Source: Gemmatimonadota bacterium (GTDB lineage Bacteria; Gemmatimonadota; Gemmatimonadetes; JACCXV01; JAHWKZ01). From it: a stretch of DNA of 64,000 nucleotides. The notes below the pieces were generated by a model. The model was given only the letters and a program-made list of their open reading frames with translations, did not search any database and was not told where the DNA came from. Of the stretch, positions 45,257-58,109 are shown piece by piece (within the stretch, counting starts at the first letter, position 1; each line of letters starts with the position of its first letter). A program made the translations under genes and the position numbers. Location of the stretch: assembly GCA_050732935.1 (NCBI GenBank), contig JBOHRW010000224.1, positions 2,220 through 66,219 of the forward strand, in the 5' to 3' direction.

Positions 45257-45804
45257 CCGCCAACGTCCTGCACCCGTGGCACTCGGTCGAGCCGGCGTTC
45301 GACGGCAGGACGGTGACCGCGGTGGTCGAGATTCCGCAGGGAGGCAACCAGAAGTACGAGGTCGACAAGGCGACCGGGCTGCTGCGGCTCTCGAGGGTGC
45401 TGTTCTCGGCTTTCGAGTACCCGTTCAACTACGGCTTCATACCGCAGACCCTGGCCCTCGACGACGACCCACTGGACATCCTCGTGGTCGGTCTCCCGGC
45501 GGAGTCGCTGTCTCTCCTGACCGCGCGTCCGGTGGGCATGCTGCGGATGTTGGACGAGGGGGAGACCGACGACAAGATCCTGGCCGGACCCGCCCACGAT
45601 CCACGCTACGACGAGATCGAGGACCTGGAGGACATGGCCGATCACAGCCTGAAGGAGCTGCACCACTTCTTCACCCATTACAAGGAGCTGGAGGAGAAGG
45701 AGACCTTGGTGACGGAGTGGCTCGATCGCGAAGCGGCGTGCCGGGAGATCCAGGCCAGCCTCGACCGGTACGGCGCCCGGTTCGGCGATTCCGGGCCGGG
45801 CTGA
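45253..45804 (+). CDS. ppa: Inorganic pyrophosphatase (probable CTG start)
   Basis: LHPWH, VVEIP, KYEVDK, YPFNYGFIPQTL, DDDPLDILV, DDKIL and FFTHYKELE. Confidence 0.95.
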   Translation: MTANVLHPWHSVEPAFDGRTVTAVVEIPQGGNQKYEVDKATGLLRLSRVLFSAFEYPFNYGFIPQTLALDDDPLDILVVGLPAESLSLLTARPVGMLRMLDEGETDDKILAGPAHDPRYDEIEDLEDMADHSLKELHHFFTHYKELEEKETLVTEWLDREAACREIQASLDRYGARFGDSGPG

Positions 45805-45811
45805 GGGCGCG

Positions 45812-46195
45812 ATGTTGCGCGTCTCGGCCGCCCGCTTCGAGCGTCTCGTGCAGCGGGCGCTGAACCGCCTGCCTCGCGACTTCCAGGATCACCTCGAGAA
45901 CGTCAGCGTGGTGATCGCCGAAGCACCCGATCGCGAGCTTCTCGAGTCGATGGGCTTCGATCCCGACGATCCCGAGGACACGCTGTTCGGGCTCTACGAA
46001 GGCGTTCCGCTGATCGAGCGCCGGCACGATGACGTCCTGCTGCCCGACCAGATCACCATCTTCCGGCGCCCGCTCCTCGAGTGGGCCGAAAGCGAGGAGG
46101 AGATCGTGGAGGAGGTGCGGGTCACCGTCCTGCACGAGATCGGCCACTTCTTCGGACTCGACGAGGACCGGCTGGACGAGCTGGGATACGGATGA
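45812..46195 (+). CDS. Minimal zincin-like metallopeptidase (DUF1025-like)
   Basis: LFGLYEGVPL, PDQITIFRRP and VLHEIGHFFGL. Confidence 0.88.
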   Translation: MLRVSAARFERLVQRALNRLPRDFQDHLENVSVVIAEAPDRELLESMGFDPDDPEDTLFGLYEGVPLIERRHDDVLLPDQITIFRRPLLEWAESEEEIVEEVRVTVLHEIGHFFGLDEDRLDELGYG

Positions 46196-47532
46196 GACGG
46201 ATCGAGCCGCCGATCCTGCTCGTCGTCTCCTTCGGCGCCCTGATCCTCGTCGGGACGGTTCTGCTGAGCCTTCCGGTGTCGTGGGGGGTGGGGCGCCGGA
46301 TCGGGACGCTGGACGCTCTGTTCACGGCCACCTCCGCGGTCTGCGTCACGGGCCTGATCACCGTGGACACGGCCCGCGCATGGTCCCCCTTCGGCCAGGG
46401 CGTGATCCTGATCCTGATCCAGCTCGGCGGGCTCGGCATCCTGACCTTCTCGACCTTCTTCATGCTGCTGCTCGGCCGGTCGGTTTCGCTGACCCAGCGG
46501 AGCATCCTCACGCGGACGCACGGCCGGTTGACCCATATCCATGTGCGCGAGCTGCTGACCCGGATCGTCACCTACGCGCTGGTCGTCGAGGCCGTGGGTG
46601 CCGTGCTGCTGTCGATCGCCTTCGCGCGCGATGCCGGGCTCGCGAGCGGGATCTGGCGCGGTGTCTTCCACGCCGTCTCCGCCTTCTGCAACGCCGGCTT
46701 TTCGCTCTTCTCCGACAGTCTCGAGGGCTACGCCGGCTCGTGGGTCGTGAACCTGGTCGTCATGGGTCTCATCCTGCTGGGCGGGCTGGGCTTCATCGTC
46801 ATCGCCGACCTCGAGTCCCAGGCTCGTCACCCGCGACTGAGAATCTCCCTCCACAGCAAGGTCGTTCTGACGACGACCGGCATACTGCTCGTCGGGGCAG
46901 CGCTCGGCTTCCTCTTCTTCGAGTACAACAACGTCCTGCGGGGGCGCCCGTGGAACGAGACGCTGCTCGTGACCCTCTTCCAATCCGTCACGCCCCGGAC
47001 GGCCGGCTTCAACACCGTCCCTTACGACCGGCTCACGAACTCGACTCTCATGATGACGATCATCCTCATGTTCATCGGCGGCTCGCCGGGATCGGCGGCC
47101 GGGGGGATCAAGACGAGCACGGCCGCGATCCTGATCGGTGTGCTGATTTCGCGCGCGAAAGGGATGCGCCACGCGACCCTGTTCCATCGCACCGTTCCCG
47201 AGCGAGTGGTGGGGGAGGCCGTCGCCATCGTGCTCCTCTCGGTCCTCGTCGTCATGGGCATGACCTTCGTCTTGCAGTGGACGGAGCTCCACGATCTGGC
47301 CCATCCCGGGGTGCGCGGAGACTTTCTCGCGCTCAACTTCGAGGCGGTGTCGGCCTTCGGAACGGTCGGGCTATCAATGGGCGAGACCACGGGACTGCGA
47401 GCGAGCAGCAAGCTCGTGATCATCCTGCTCATGTTCGTGGGGCGGCTGGGTCCGCTGACCGTCGCCGTAGCGATGGGCCGACGGCGGCGGGTCGAGTACC
47501 AGTACGCTGAAGAGGGGGTTCTGGTCGGATGA
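46192..47532 (+). CDS. trkH: Trk/Ktr potassium uptake membrane subunit
   Basis: FTATSAVCVTGL, SAFCNAGF, PRTAGFN, MFIGGSPGSAAGGIK and SAFGTVGLS. Confidence 0.95.
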   Translation: MRRIEPPILLVVSFGALILVGTVLLSLPVSWGVGRRIGTLDALFTATSAVCVTGLITVDTARAWSPFGQGVILILIQLGGLGILTFSTFFMLLLGRSVSLTQRSILTRTHGRLTHIHVRELLTRIVTYALVVEAVGAVLLSIAFARDAGLASGIWRGVFHAVSAFCNAGFSLFSDSLEGYAGSWVVNLVVMGLILLGGLGFIVIADLESQARHPRLRISLHSKVVLTTTGILLVGAALGFLFFEYNNVLRGRPWNETLLVTLFQSVTPRTAGFNTVPYDRLTNSTLMMTIILMFIGGSPGSAAGGIKTSTAAILIGVLISRAKGMRHATLFHRTVPERVVGEAVAIVLLSVLVVMGMTFVLQWTELHDLAHPGVRGDFLALNFEAVSAFGTVGLSMGETTGLRASSKLVIILLMFVGRLGPLTVAVAMGRRRRVEYQYAEEGVLVG

Positions 47533-48191
47533 TGCGCGTCGTGATCATGGGGCTCGGGAACTTCGGCTACTACTTCACCCGCCGGCTCAGCATGCAGAAA
47601 TTGGAGGTCCTGGCCATCGACATGGACAAGGAGGCGGTCGACCACGTGGTCGGGTTCGTGACCGACGCGGTGGTGGGCGATGTCACCGACCGGGAGCTCC
47701 TCGACGAGCTGGACGTCGGTTCCGCCGACTACGTCATCGTTTCGCTGGGTGACGAGCACATGGATCCCTCGGTCCTGGCCACCCTCCACAGTCGCTCGCT
47801 GGGTGCCAAGAACGTCTATGTCAAGGCGATCTCGGACGACCACGCGCGGATCCTGGAGCTGATCGGCGCCACCCGGGTCATTCACCCCGAGCGCGAGGTC
47901 GCGGAGTCGCTGGCCGAGGCGCTCGGGAAGCCCAACGTCCTCGACTTCATCCCGCTCGGGGAGGAGTACTCGATCGTCGAGTTCGAGCCGCCAACGGGAT
48001 TCGTGGGCAAGACCCTGGCGGAGCTCAACCTGCGGAGCCGCTATGGCGTGACGGTAATCGGGATCAAGGAATACCTGTCCGGCACGCGGCGCATGAATCC
48101 GCCATCGGATCTGGTCATAAATGACGACGTCTCGTTGCTGATCATGGGTAGGGGCGATCAGGTGGCGCGGCTCCAGAAGGACGTGGGCTGA
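47529..48191 (+). CDS. trkA: Trk/Ktr NAD-binding regulatory subunit
   Basis: VIMGLGNFG RCK_N and a TrkA_C domain. Confidence 0.93.
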   Translation: MMRVVIMGLGNFGYYFTRRLSMQKLEVLAIDMDKEAVDHVVGFVTDAVVGDVTDRELLDELDVGSADYVIVSLGDEHMDPSVLATLHSRSLGAKNVYVKAISDDHARILELIGATRVIHPEREVAESLAEALGKPNVLDFIPLGEEYSIVEFEPPTGFVGKTLAELNLRSRYGVTVIGIKEYLSGTRRMNPPSDLVINDDVSLLIMGRGDQVARLQKDVG

Positions 48192-49857
48192 CGAGGCCGG
48201 GCTGGGCGGCCAGAAGGTGCCGGCGTGTGGCCGCCACCGGGACGACCGGGTGGCCCAGCAGCTCCTCGAGCCGGTCACGACGGTCACGCGGCAGGTAGAA
48301 GAGCGCCCCCTGGTCGTCCGCGAACCTGGCCACCTCGCGCTCGTCGGTGAAGACGTACTTCCGCCACGTCTCTCCGTTCTCGAAGCGCGTCTCCCGGCCC
48401 TCTTCGGTCACCGTGACGATCCTCTCGTCCAGATAGAACGGGAACGCTCGCGGCCAGTCGTGGAAGGCGACGATGGGCGCCTGGGGGCGATGGATTCGCT
48501 CGGCGGCCAGGGCGAGGGGACGCGAGATCTTGAACCAGCGCTCCACGGCCGGTCTCCCGAGGGCCGTGAAGCCGGCCATATAGAGTCCCAGGATGGGGAT
48601 CACGAGCCCCGCGAACGCCAGATCGAAGCGCCGCCTTCCGGCGGCGATCCAGGCCGCGGCCCCACCCAGGAGGAAGACCGGTCCCACGGTCGGTCCCAGC
48701 GCGAGGAGCGGCGGCGGGGCCTCGACGATGAACGTGGCGACCACCAGGCCCGCCCCGAACCCGGCCGTGAGCGCGGCCAGGAGCCGCGTCGTGCCGATCG
48801 ACCGGAGACGCTCGGTCGCCCGCGCCCGGTGGCGCGCTCCCGCCCACCACGTCCCGGCCGCCATGGCGAGGGGCGGGAGGAGCGGAAGCAGGTAGTTGGC
48901 GCGCTTGGTGGGAAAGAGCGAGAAAGCCACCAGCGGGACAACCACCCAGACGATTCCGTAGGGACGCTGGTGGCGGCGGTGCCAGAGCTCGAGTGCGGCC
49001 GGGATCGACCACAGCCAGCCCGCCCAGGCGAGCGTGCCGAGAAAGAACCACCATGGCTCGACCTCGCCTTCGAAGGGCTCGAGGATCCGTACCGCGGTCT
49101 GTCGCCCCAGCCAGAAGTCGAGAAGACCTGGATGGCGCCCGATCTGGACCACATACCATGGGAGAGCCACGGCCAGGCCGACGAGGACGCCCACGGGGTC
49201 GAGAAGCTGGCGCAAGCGGGACCATCGGCCCGACCACGCCGTCCAGGCGAGAGCCGGAACCGCGGTCCAGAGGAGCACGACGTGGCCCTTGGCGAGAAAT
49301 CCCACCCCCACCGCGGCCCACGCCGCGATCCTCCAGGCCCGCGAGCCGCCGGGTTGCGTCCCGCGGCGCGCCGCGTCGGCGGCCACAACGACGCACAGGG
49401 TGAGGTACAGGTCGGTCGTCAGGCTGCGGGAGAGCGCGAAGAAGAGCGGGGCGCTGAGGAGCGAAAGCGAGGCGGCCAGACCCGCGACCGCCCCCGCGGT
49501 CTGCGCCGACCACCGGTAGACGATGGCGAGGATCGTGAGCGCCGCCGCCACCAACCCGATCCGAGCTCCCAGCTCGCTCCCGCCGAGCACCGTCATACCG
49601 AGAGCGCTGGCCCAGTAGGCGAGGGGCGGCTTCTCGAAGTGGGCGATGAAGTTGAGACGCGGGGTCAGCCAGTCCCCGCTCCGCACCATCCGCACCGCGA
49701 TCTCGGCGTACCGCGCCTCGGTCGATTCCCAGAGACCGTACCCACCCAGGTTCCAGAGGAGGAGGGTCGCGGCCAGGACGCAAAGCGGCACGATCGGCCG
49801 CTCCGCCAGGGCCTCGGGGAGCCAGCGTTCGGCCGGACGCGGAGCGGTCTCCTTCAC
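48142..49857 (-). CDS. ArnT/PMT-like glycosyltransferase (GT39/GT83)
   Basis: EARYAEI, FEKPPLAYW, FLAKG and TKRANYLLP; many TM segments. Confidence 0.88.
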   Translation of the reverse strand: MKETAPRPAERWLPEALAERPIVPLCVLAATLLLWNLGGYGLWESTEARYAEIAVRMVRSGDWLTPRLNFIAHFEKPPLAYWASALGMTVLGGSELGARIGLVAAALTILAIVYRWSAQTAGAVAGLAASLSLLSAPLFFALSRSLTTDLYLTLCVVVAADAARRGTQPGGSRAWRIAAWAAVGVGFLAKGHVVLLWTAVPALAWTAWSGRWSRLRQLLDPVGVLVGLAVALPWYVVQIGRHPGLLDFWLGRQTAVRILEPFEGEVEPWWFFLGTLAWAGWLWSIPAALELWHRRHQRPYGIVWVVVPLVAFSLFPTKRANYLLPLLPPLAMAAGTWWAGARHRARATERLRSIGTTRLLAALTAGFGAGLVVATFIVEAPPPLLALGPTVGPVFLLGGAAAWIAAGRRRFDLAFAGLVIPILGLYMAGFTALGRPAVERWFKISRPLALAAERIHRPQAPIVAFHDWPRAFPFYLDERIVTVTEEGRETRFENGETWRKYVFTDEREVARFADDQGALFYLPRDRRDRLEELLGHPVVPVAATRRHLLAAQPGLVSPRPSGAAPPDRPYP

Positions 49858-50126
49858 CGCCTGGTCTCGTCCTCGCGCCGTAGGAGCACCAGGTTGCGGA
49901 GATAGACGAACAACCCGACCGATTGCCCCAGGATGAAGACCGGGTCCCGACGCCACAGGGAGTAGGACAGGAGCGTCAGTCCGCCCGCGATCGACAGGTA
50001 CCAGAACGCCCGCGGCACCACGCTCCGCCCCCGACGCTCGCTGGCCACCCACTGGACGAGAAAGCGGCTGAAGAAACACGCCTGCCCGGCCAGGCCGACT
50101 CCAATCCAGGTCTGTTCCGGCGTCAC
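49854..50126 (-). CDS. Lipid A biosynthesis N-terminal (LAB_N) domain protein
   Basis: GLAGQACFFSRFLVQWVASERRGRSVVPRAFWYLS and DPVFILGQ; SD AAGGAGG. Confidence 0.9.
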   Translation of the reverse strand: MTPEQTWIGVGLAGQACFFSRFLVQWVASERRGRSVVPRAFWYLSIAGGLTLLSYSLWRRDPVFILGQSVGLFVYLRNLVLLRREDETRR

Positions 50127-50229
50127 CGGATGGCCCTCCTTTCGGTTTATCGGCTCCCCGGATCCCCCACCCAGCGCGGACGCCAGGGAACCCCCAACAT
50201 CGGACAAGAGCGGTAACGATACCCCTCGA

Positions 50230-50274
50230 TTGACCACGATCGGGTTGATTACTATAATTGACCACCCCTGGTCA
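50230..50274 (+). promoter_or_regulatory. Sigma70 promoter with direct and inverted repeats
   Basis: TTGACC-17 nt-TATAAT; TTGACCAC at 50230 and 50258, TTGATTAC at 50245; TGACCA-cccc-TGGTCA at 50259-50274. Confidence 0.75.
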
Positions 50275-50332
50275 TGCTCATGCTCAGGGGCCGTTCCTCG
50301 TCAAACGGCGAACGTTCTGGAAGGAGCGCAGC

Positions 50333-50557
50333 GTGCCGGAGACGCAAAGGTTGAAGGACAAGGACAAAGAACCCGTCTTCCTGCGTATCGGGGACGCCGC
50401 CCGTCTTCTCGGCGTCTCGATCAGCACCCTGCGGCGGCTCGAGAAGAACGGCCGTCTCGGGGAGTACGGGGTGCGGGTGTACTATACGCCGACCCGTCGT
50501 CGGCGCTACAAGAAGAGCGAGATCATCGAGGCCCTGGAGCGCTCCGCTCACGGCTGA
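50333..50557 (+). CDS. Stand-alone MerR-type HTH protein (BldC/excisionase-like)
   Basis: SD AAGGAG then GTG; LRIGDAARLLGVSISTLRRLEKNGRL and TPTRRRRY. Confidence 0.8.
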   Translation: MPETQRLKDKDKEPVFLRIGDAARLLGVSISTLRRLEKNGRLGEYGVRVYYTPTRRRRYKKSEIIEALERSAHG

Positions 50558-51267
50558 TCTCCGCCGTCTTCCTCGGCGGAGATCAGCCAGTCGGCGAGGG
50601 CCGCCAGGTCCAGAACCTCGTGATCGGGAAGCGCACCCTCCGGGGGACGCCGCTCCGCCTTCCGATTGACCCACACCACCGGCAGCCCGAGCGTATTCGC
50701 CGGCGCCACATCGTGGAAGAGGCTCCGCGCAGCGTGGAGCCAACCGGCCGAGTCTCCGACGAAGGGTCGCGCCGCTTCGAAGTGGGCCAGGTCCGGCTTG
50801 TACGACTCCACCCGGTCGGCGGTCACCCAGAAGTCGAACTCCACGTCCAGGTGGCGCAGCGTCTCCTTCAAAAGGTCCTCGTCCACGTTGGACAGGATGC
50901 CGAGCCGGTAGCGCCGCGCCAGGCGAGCGAGCGCCGGGTTGGTGTCGGGGAAGGGGGGCCAGCGGCTGAGGCTTTCGGGGAGGAAGCCGGCCTGGAGCGA
51001 TGAGATCGTCCAGCCGCACTCGCCGGCGACCCGGCGGGCCGTCTCTCTCAGCACGTCCCGGTACGGCCGGAACGTTCCGCTCTCGATCATCGGCTCGATC
51101 GCGTGATAGGCGGCGTGCACCTCCTCGCGGTCCAGCCGCACCCCGTCGTTCGCGGCGGCGGAACGGAACGCCTCCCAGATCCCGGTCTCCCAGTCGATCA
51201 GCGTGCCGTAGCAATCGAACGTGATGACGCTGACGTTCTCGGGTCGGAGGTTGCGGATCGTGATCAT
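50548..51267 (-). CDS. HAD family hydrolase (haloacid dehalogenase type II-like)
   Basis: FDCYGTLIDWE, ILSNVD, SYKPD and LFHDVAPA. Confidence 0.9.
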   Translation of the reverse strand: MITIRNLRPENVSVITFDCYGTLIDWETGIWEAFRSAAANDGVRLDREEVHAAYHAIEPMIESGTFRPYRDVLRETARRVAGECGWTISSLQAGFLPESLSRWPPFPDTNPALARLARRYRLGILSNVDEDLLKETLRHLDVEFDFWVTADRVESYKPDLAHFEAARPFVGDSAGWLHAARSLFHDVAPANTLGLPVVWVNRKAERRPPEGALPDHEVLDLAALADWLISAEEDGGDQP

Positions 51268-51296
51268 GGGCTCCTGAAGAGGTAAGTTACCCGGCG

Positions 51297-52307
51297 ATGG
51301 ACACGATGGCCGACCGCGCCCGCCACGCCCCCTGGTCCGACCGCCACGGCCGCTTACACGACTACTTGAGGATCTCGGTCACCGACCGCTGCAACCTGCG
51401 CTGCCGCTACTGCATGCCGGCCGAGGGCCTGGAGTGGCTCCCCCGCGCGGATTTACTCTCGTTCGAGGAGATCGCCCGCCTGGCAGGACTCTTCCACGAC
51501 GGCGGCGTCCGCAAGATCCGCATCACGGGAGGCGAGCCCACGGTCCGCCGCGACCTTCCGCGGCTGGTTGCGATGCTGCGGCGTCGGTGTCCGGAGGCGA
51601 CCCTCCACATGACCTCGAATGCCCTCCTTCTCGGCCGGTTCGCGCGCGATCTGCGCGAGGCGGGCCTCCAGGGGCTCAACCTGTCGCTGGATTCCCTCGA
51701 CCGGGAGACCTTCCACCGGATCACCCGTCGCGACCTCCTGCCGGAGACCTGGGCGGGGATCGAGACCGCCTGCGAGCTCGGCTTCCTACCGCTCAAGATC
51801 AACTGCGTGGTGATGCGCGGCGTGAACGAGGGCGAGGCCGCGGACTTCGTCGAGCTCACCCGGGACCGGGAGATCCACGTCCGCTTCCTGGAGTACATGC
51901 CGTACGGGGGTCTCAACGTCCTCCAGCCGGAGTACGTGTCGGGGGAGGAGATCCGCGAGCGGATCGAGGCGGCGGGCTACTGGCTCGAGGCCCTGCCCTG
52001 GGACGGCGGGCCGGCGCGACCGTACCGCGTCCCCGGTCACCGCGGAACGGTCGGCCTGATCACCGCTGTGAGCCATCATTTCTGTGACCGCTGCAACCGG
52101 CTCCGGCTGACCGCCGACGGCTACTTCGTGAACTGCCTGTACGGGGAGAAGCGGACCAACCTGCGCGATCCCCTGCGCGAGGGCGCCACCGACGAGGAGC
52201 TGGCGATGATCATCCAGGCGGAGCTGGACCGGAAGTGGGCGGCCCATCCGGACCTCACCCAGGGGAAGATCCCGGTGCTGGGGACGATGTCGCAGATCGG
52301 CGGCTAG
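51297..52307 (+). CDS. moaA: GTP 3',8-cyclase
   Basis: YLRISVTDRCNLRCRYCM, TGGEP, FLEYMP, FCDRCNRLR and C-terminal IGG. Confidence 0.97.
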   Translation: MDTMADRARHAPWSDRHGRLHDYLRISVTDRCNLRCRYCMPAEGLEWLPRADLLSFEEIARLAGLFHDGGVRKIRITGGEPTVRRDLPRLVAMLRRRCPEATLHMTSNALLLGRFARDLREAGLQGLNLSLDSLDRETFHRITRRDLLPETWAGIETACELGFLPLKINCVVMRGVNEGEAADFVELTRDREIHVRFLEYMPYGGLNVLQPEYVSGEEIRERIEAAGYWLEALPWDGGPARPYRVPGHRGTVGLITAVSHHFCDRCNRLRLTADGYFVNCLYGEKRTNLRDPLREGATDEELAMIIQAELDRKWAAHPDLTQGKIPVLGTMSQIGG

Positions 52308-53437
52308 ACCCGGTACCTCAGCAGGGCAGCCACCCCGTCCAGGCCCTCCAGCTCGGCGTGCCCCTCGACGATCTCGACCCGCCTTCCCGTCCGCTCGGCG
52401 CGCCGCACCATCGCCTCGCGCAGGTCGATCTCCTCCGGCAACGGCGTCTCGCAGAACGGGCATTCGGAAGGCGCTGGGGGAAGCCCCAGGACGCGGCATT
52501 CAGGGCACTGCCAGCCCTGCCTCCCGTCGAAGCCCTCGGCCAGCAGGAGCTGGTCGACCTGCTCCAGGTTCAGGGCCTCGATCGTGGCATCGAGCCCTGC
52601 TGCTGCCAGCCCTCCGGCGCGGAAGCGGTCGATCACCGTGTCGGCGAGCTTCCGGCTGTCGTCGGCCTCGGTTCGCCGTACGATGTCGAGGGTGCGTTCC
52701 AGGATCCGGTGGGAGGACTCGTCGATCGCGATCGGCTCCTCGTCGATGATCTTCTCGCGGACAGCCGGCGTGAGGTGCCGTCGGAGCTCGCCGAGGATCA
52801 GGTCGTCGCCGCCCAGGATGATGTAGTCGACCTCCCCTTTACGGACGATTCCCTCCAGCCGTTCGACGATCTCGCGGGCATGCTTCTGGATGTGATCCTC
52901 GATCCGGGCCTGGTAGCGGACCTCGGCCCAGCCGGCCACGCGCGTGCGATCGATGGGCTGCGGGGCGTCGAAATCTCGCTCGACGAGCACGCCCCCCAGG
53001 CTGGCGACGACGATCCGGGCCTGGTGGACGTCGGCAACGCAGACCGCGTAACGCGGCGTCTGGTCGGCCAGCTTGACGAGCGGGTAGAGGTGCGGCACCG
53101 GGCCGACCACGAGCCGGTGGTCGTCGAAGGTGGTCTGAAACTCGAGGGCCTCCCACAGGTCGTCTTCGGTGGAGGCGTACAAGGCGACCGAGCGGGTCGA
53201 GGCATCGAGGTCCGCCAGATATTCGGCGATCCGATCGCGGTCAGCGGCGAGAGGGTCCTGCGCCGGGGAGCGCTCGGGGAAGCTCCGCAAACGCTCCGCG
53301 AACGCCTTCTTCAGGAAGACGGGGTGGGTCGACCGCCCGTTGCCCATGGGCACGGTGTTGACGAAGCAGGAGACAACCGGGTTCGAGGATGGAGGCAGGT
53401 GCGCCAGTCGGGAGATGGTCTCGTTCAACGTCGCCAT
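52304..53437 (-). CDS. Bacterial archaeo-eukaryotic release factor (baeRF/eRF1-like) protein
   Basis: eRF1-like three-domain layout: PHLYPL, AGWAEVRYQARIE, IILGG, GLAAAG..TIEAL...QVDQLL and CPEC...CPFC. Confidence 0.8.
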   Translation of the reverse strand: MATLNETISRLAHLPPSSNPVVSCFVNTVPMGNGRSTHPVFLKKAFAERLRSFPERSPAQDPLAADRDRIAEYLADLDASTRSVALYASTEDDLWEALEFQTTFDDHRLVVGPVPHLYPLVKLADQTPRYAVCVADVHQARIVVASLGGVLVERDFDAPQPIDRTRVAGWAEVRYQARIEDHIQKHAREIVERLEGIVRKGEVDYIILGGDDLILGELRRHLTPAVREKIIDEEPIAIDESSHRILERTLDIVRRTEADDSRKLADTVIDRFRAGGLAAAGLDATIEALNLEQVDQLLLAEGFDGRQGWQCPECRVLGLPPAPSECPFCETPLPEEIDLREAMVRRAERTGRRVEIVEGHAELEGLDGVAALLRYRV

Positions 53438-53621
53438 GCGAACCCCTCTCTCGGAGAGCAGCAAAGGGTCAGAAAGCAAGGTGGACGGTCGGCCCGTCGG
53501 CCGGTGCGAAGCGGTGGGAGTCGTGCAGAAAAGCGGACATCCTCTCCAAGTCGAATCGGACGTCGGTTCGGGATGGAAAGGTAGGCCGAGCGCCCTGCCG
53601 CGGCAACGCGTGGCGATCCTT

Positions 53622-53650
53622 TTGACACCCCGTCCGCGGTCATCTAGCTT
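53622..53650 (+). promoter_or_regulatory. Sigma70 promoter of the guaB operon
   Basis: TTGACA-17 nt-TAGCTT. Confidence 0.65.
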
Positions 53651-53652
53651 AG

Positions 53653-56639
<2,987 letters not shown>

Positions 56640-56653
<14 letters not shown>

Positions 56654-58109
56654 CGGGGCCATCCACTTTTCGAGCCGCTGGATCATGCTGCTCGCCATGC
56701 TCAGCATGGCGGTAGGAACCGGGAATATCTGGCGCTTCCCGCGGATCGCGGCGACCAACGGGGGCGGCACCTTCCTCATCCCGTGGGTGATCTTCCTCGT
56801 GACGTGGTCGATCCCGCTCCTCCTCTGCGAGTTCGCGATGGGCAAGGGAACGCGCCGGAACCCGATCGGCGCCTTCGCCGAGCTGATTGGCCCGCGGTTC
56901 GCCTGGATGGGGGCGTGGGTTGCCCTGTGCACGACCCTGATCATGTTCTATTACGGCGTCGTGACCGGCTGGTGCGTGCGTTACTTCGTGGCCGCAGTGA
57001 CGGGGGAGCTCCCGGGCCCCGAGCCGGGCGCTCTGTGGGAGACCTACGCGGGGTCCGGGTGGGCGGTGGTCACCCTCGTCGTCTCTCTGGCGATTGGCGT
57101 CTACGTATGCGCCCGAGGGGTCAAGGGCATCGAGCAGGCGGTCCTCCTCATGATGCCGGTCCTGATCGGGCTGGTGGTCATCCTCGCGATCCGGGCGGTG
57201 ACCCTCCCCGGGGCCGAGCGCGGTCTGGCATTCCTCTTCACCCCCCACTGGTCGGATCTCGCCAACAGCCGCGTGTGGCTCGAGGCGCTGACCCAGAACG
57301 CCTGGGACACGGGCGCGGGGTGGGGTCTGGCGCTCACCTACGCCACCTACATGCGGGCACGCGAGGACACCACCATCAACGCGTTCATCCTGGGCTTCGG
57401 CAACAACTCGGTCTCGCTGCTGGCCGGCATCATGGTTCTCTGCACGGTGTTCTCGATCCGGCCCGACGCGGCCGGCGAGATCGTCGGGGCGGGGAACACC
57501 GGCATCACGTTCATCTGGGTGCCCCAGCTCTTCGGAGCCATGCCCGGGGGTCGGGTCTTCATGGCGATGTTCTTCCTGGCCCTCTTCTTCGCGGCGCTGA
57601 CGAGCCTGATCTCGATGATCGAGCTGGCGGCCCGGGCCCTGATCGACCGCGGGTTGACCCGTGGGCGGGCGCTCACGATCGTCGCCGTGGCCGCCCTCGT
57701 CTTCGGCCTGCCGAGCGCGCTCTCCGTCTCCATCCTCGAAAACCAGGATTTCGTCTGGGGCGTCGGCCTCATGCTGTCAGGGCTCTTCTTCGGCTTCGCC
57801 GTGCTCCGCCACGGCGTCGACCGGTTCCGGGAGCGCTACGTGAACAGCGCGGGCAGCGATTTCACGATCGGTCGTTGGTGGAACGTGGCCATGGTGGTGG
57901 TCGTCGTCGAGGCGCTCGTGCTCATCGGCTGGTGGTTCTCCCAGACGCTCTCGACCGAGGGCTGGCGGGCGAGCCTCGATCCCATCCAGGCGTTCAGTCT
58001 GGGGACGCTCGTTCTCCAGTGGGCGATCGTGCTCGGGCTCTGTTTCGGCTTGAACCGCTGGCTGGCCCGGCAGGCGCGGCCTCTCGACACGGCCGGGGGG
58101 CGCCCGTGA
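56640..58109 (+). CDS. Sodium-dependent transporter, NSS/SNF family
   Basis: AVGTGNIWRFP, GGGTFLIPW, AGWGLALTYATY and FFAALTSLISMIE. Confidence 0.93.

Noticed and set aside
50333-50557. Prophage or IS607 element marked by the excisionase-like gene
   Set aside because: No integrase, resolvase domain, TnpB, att site or compositional shift nearby.
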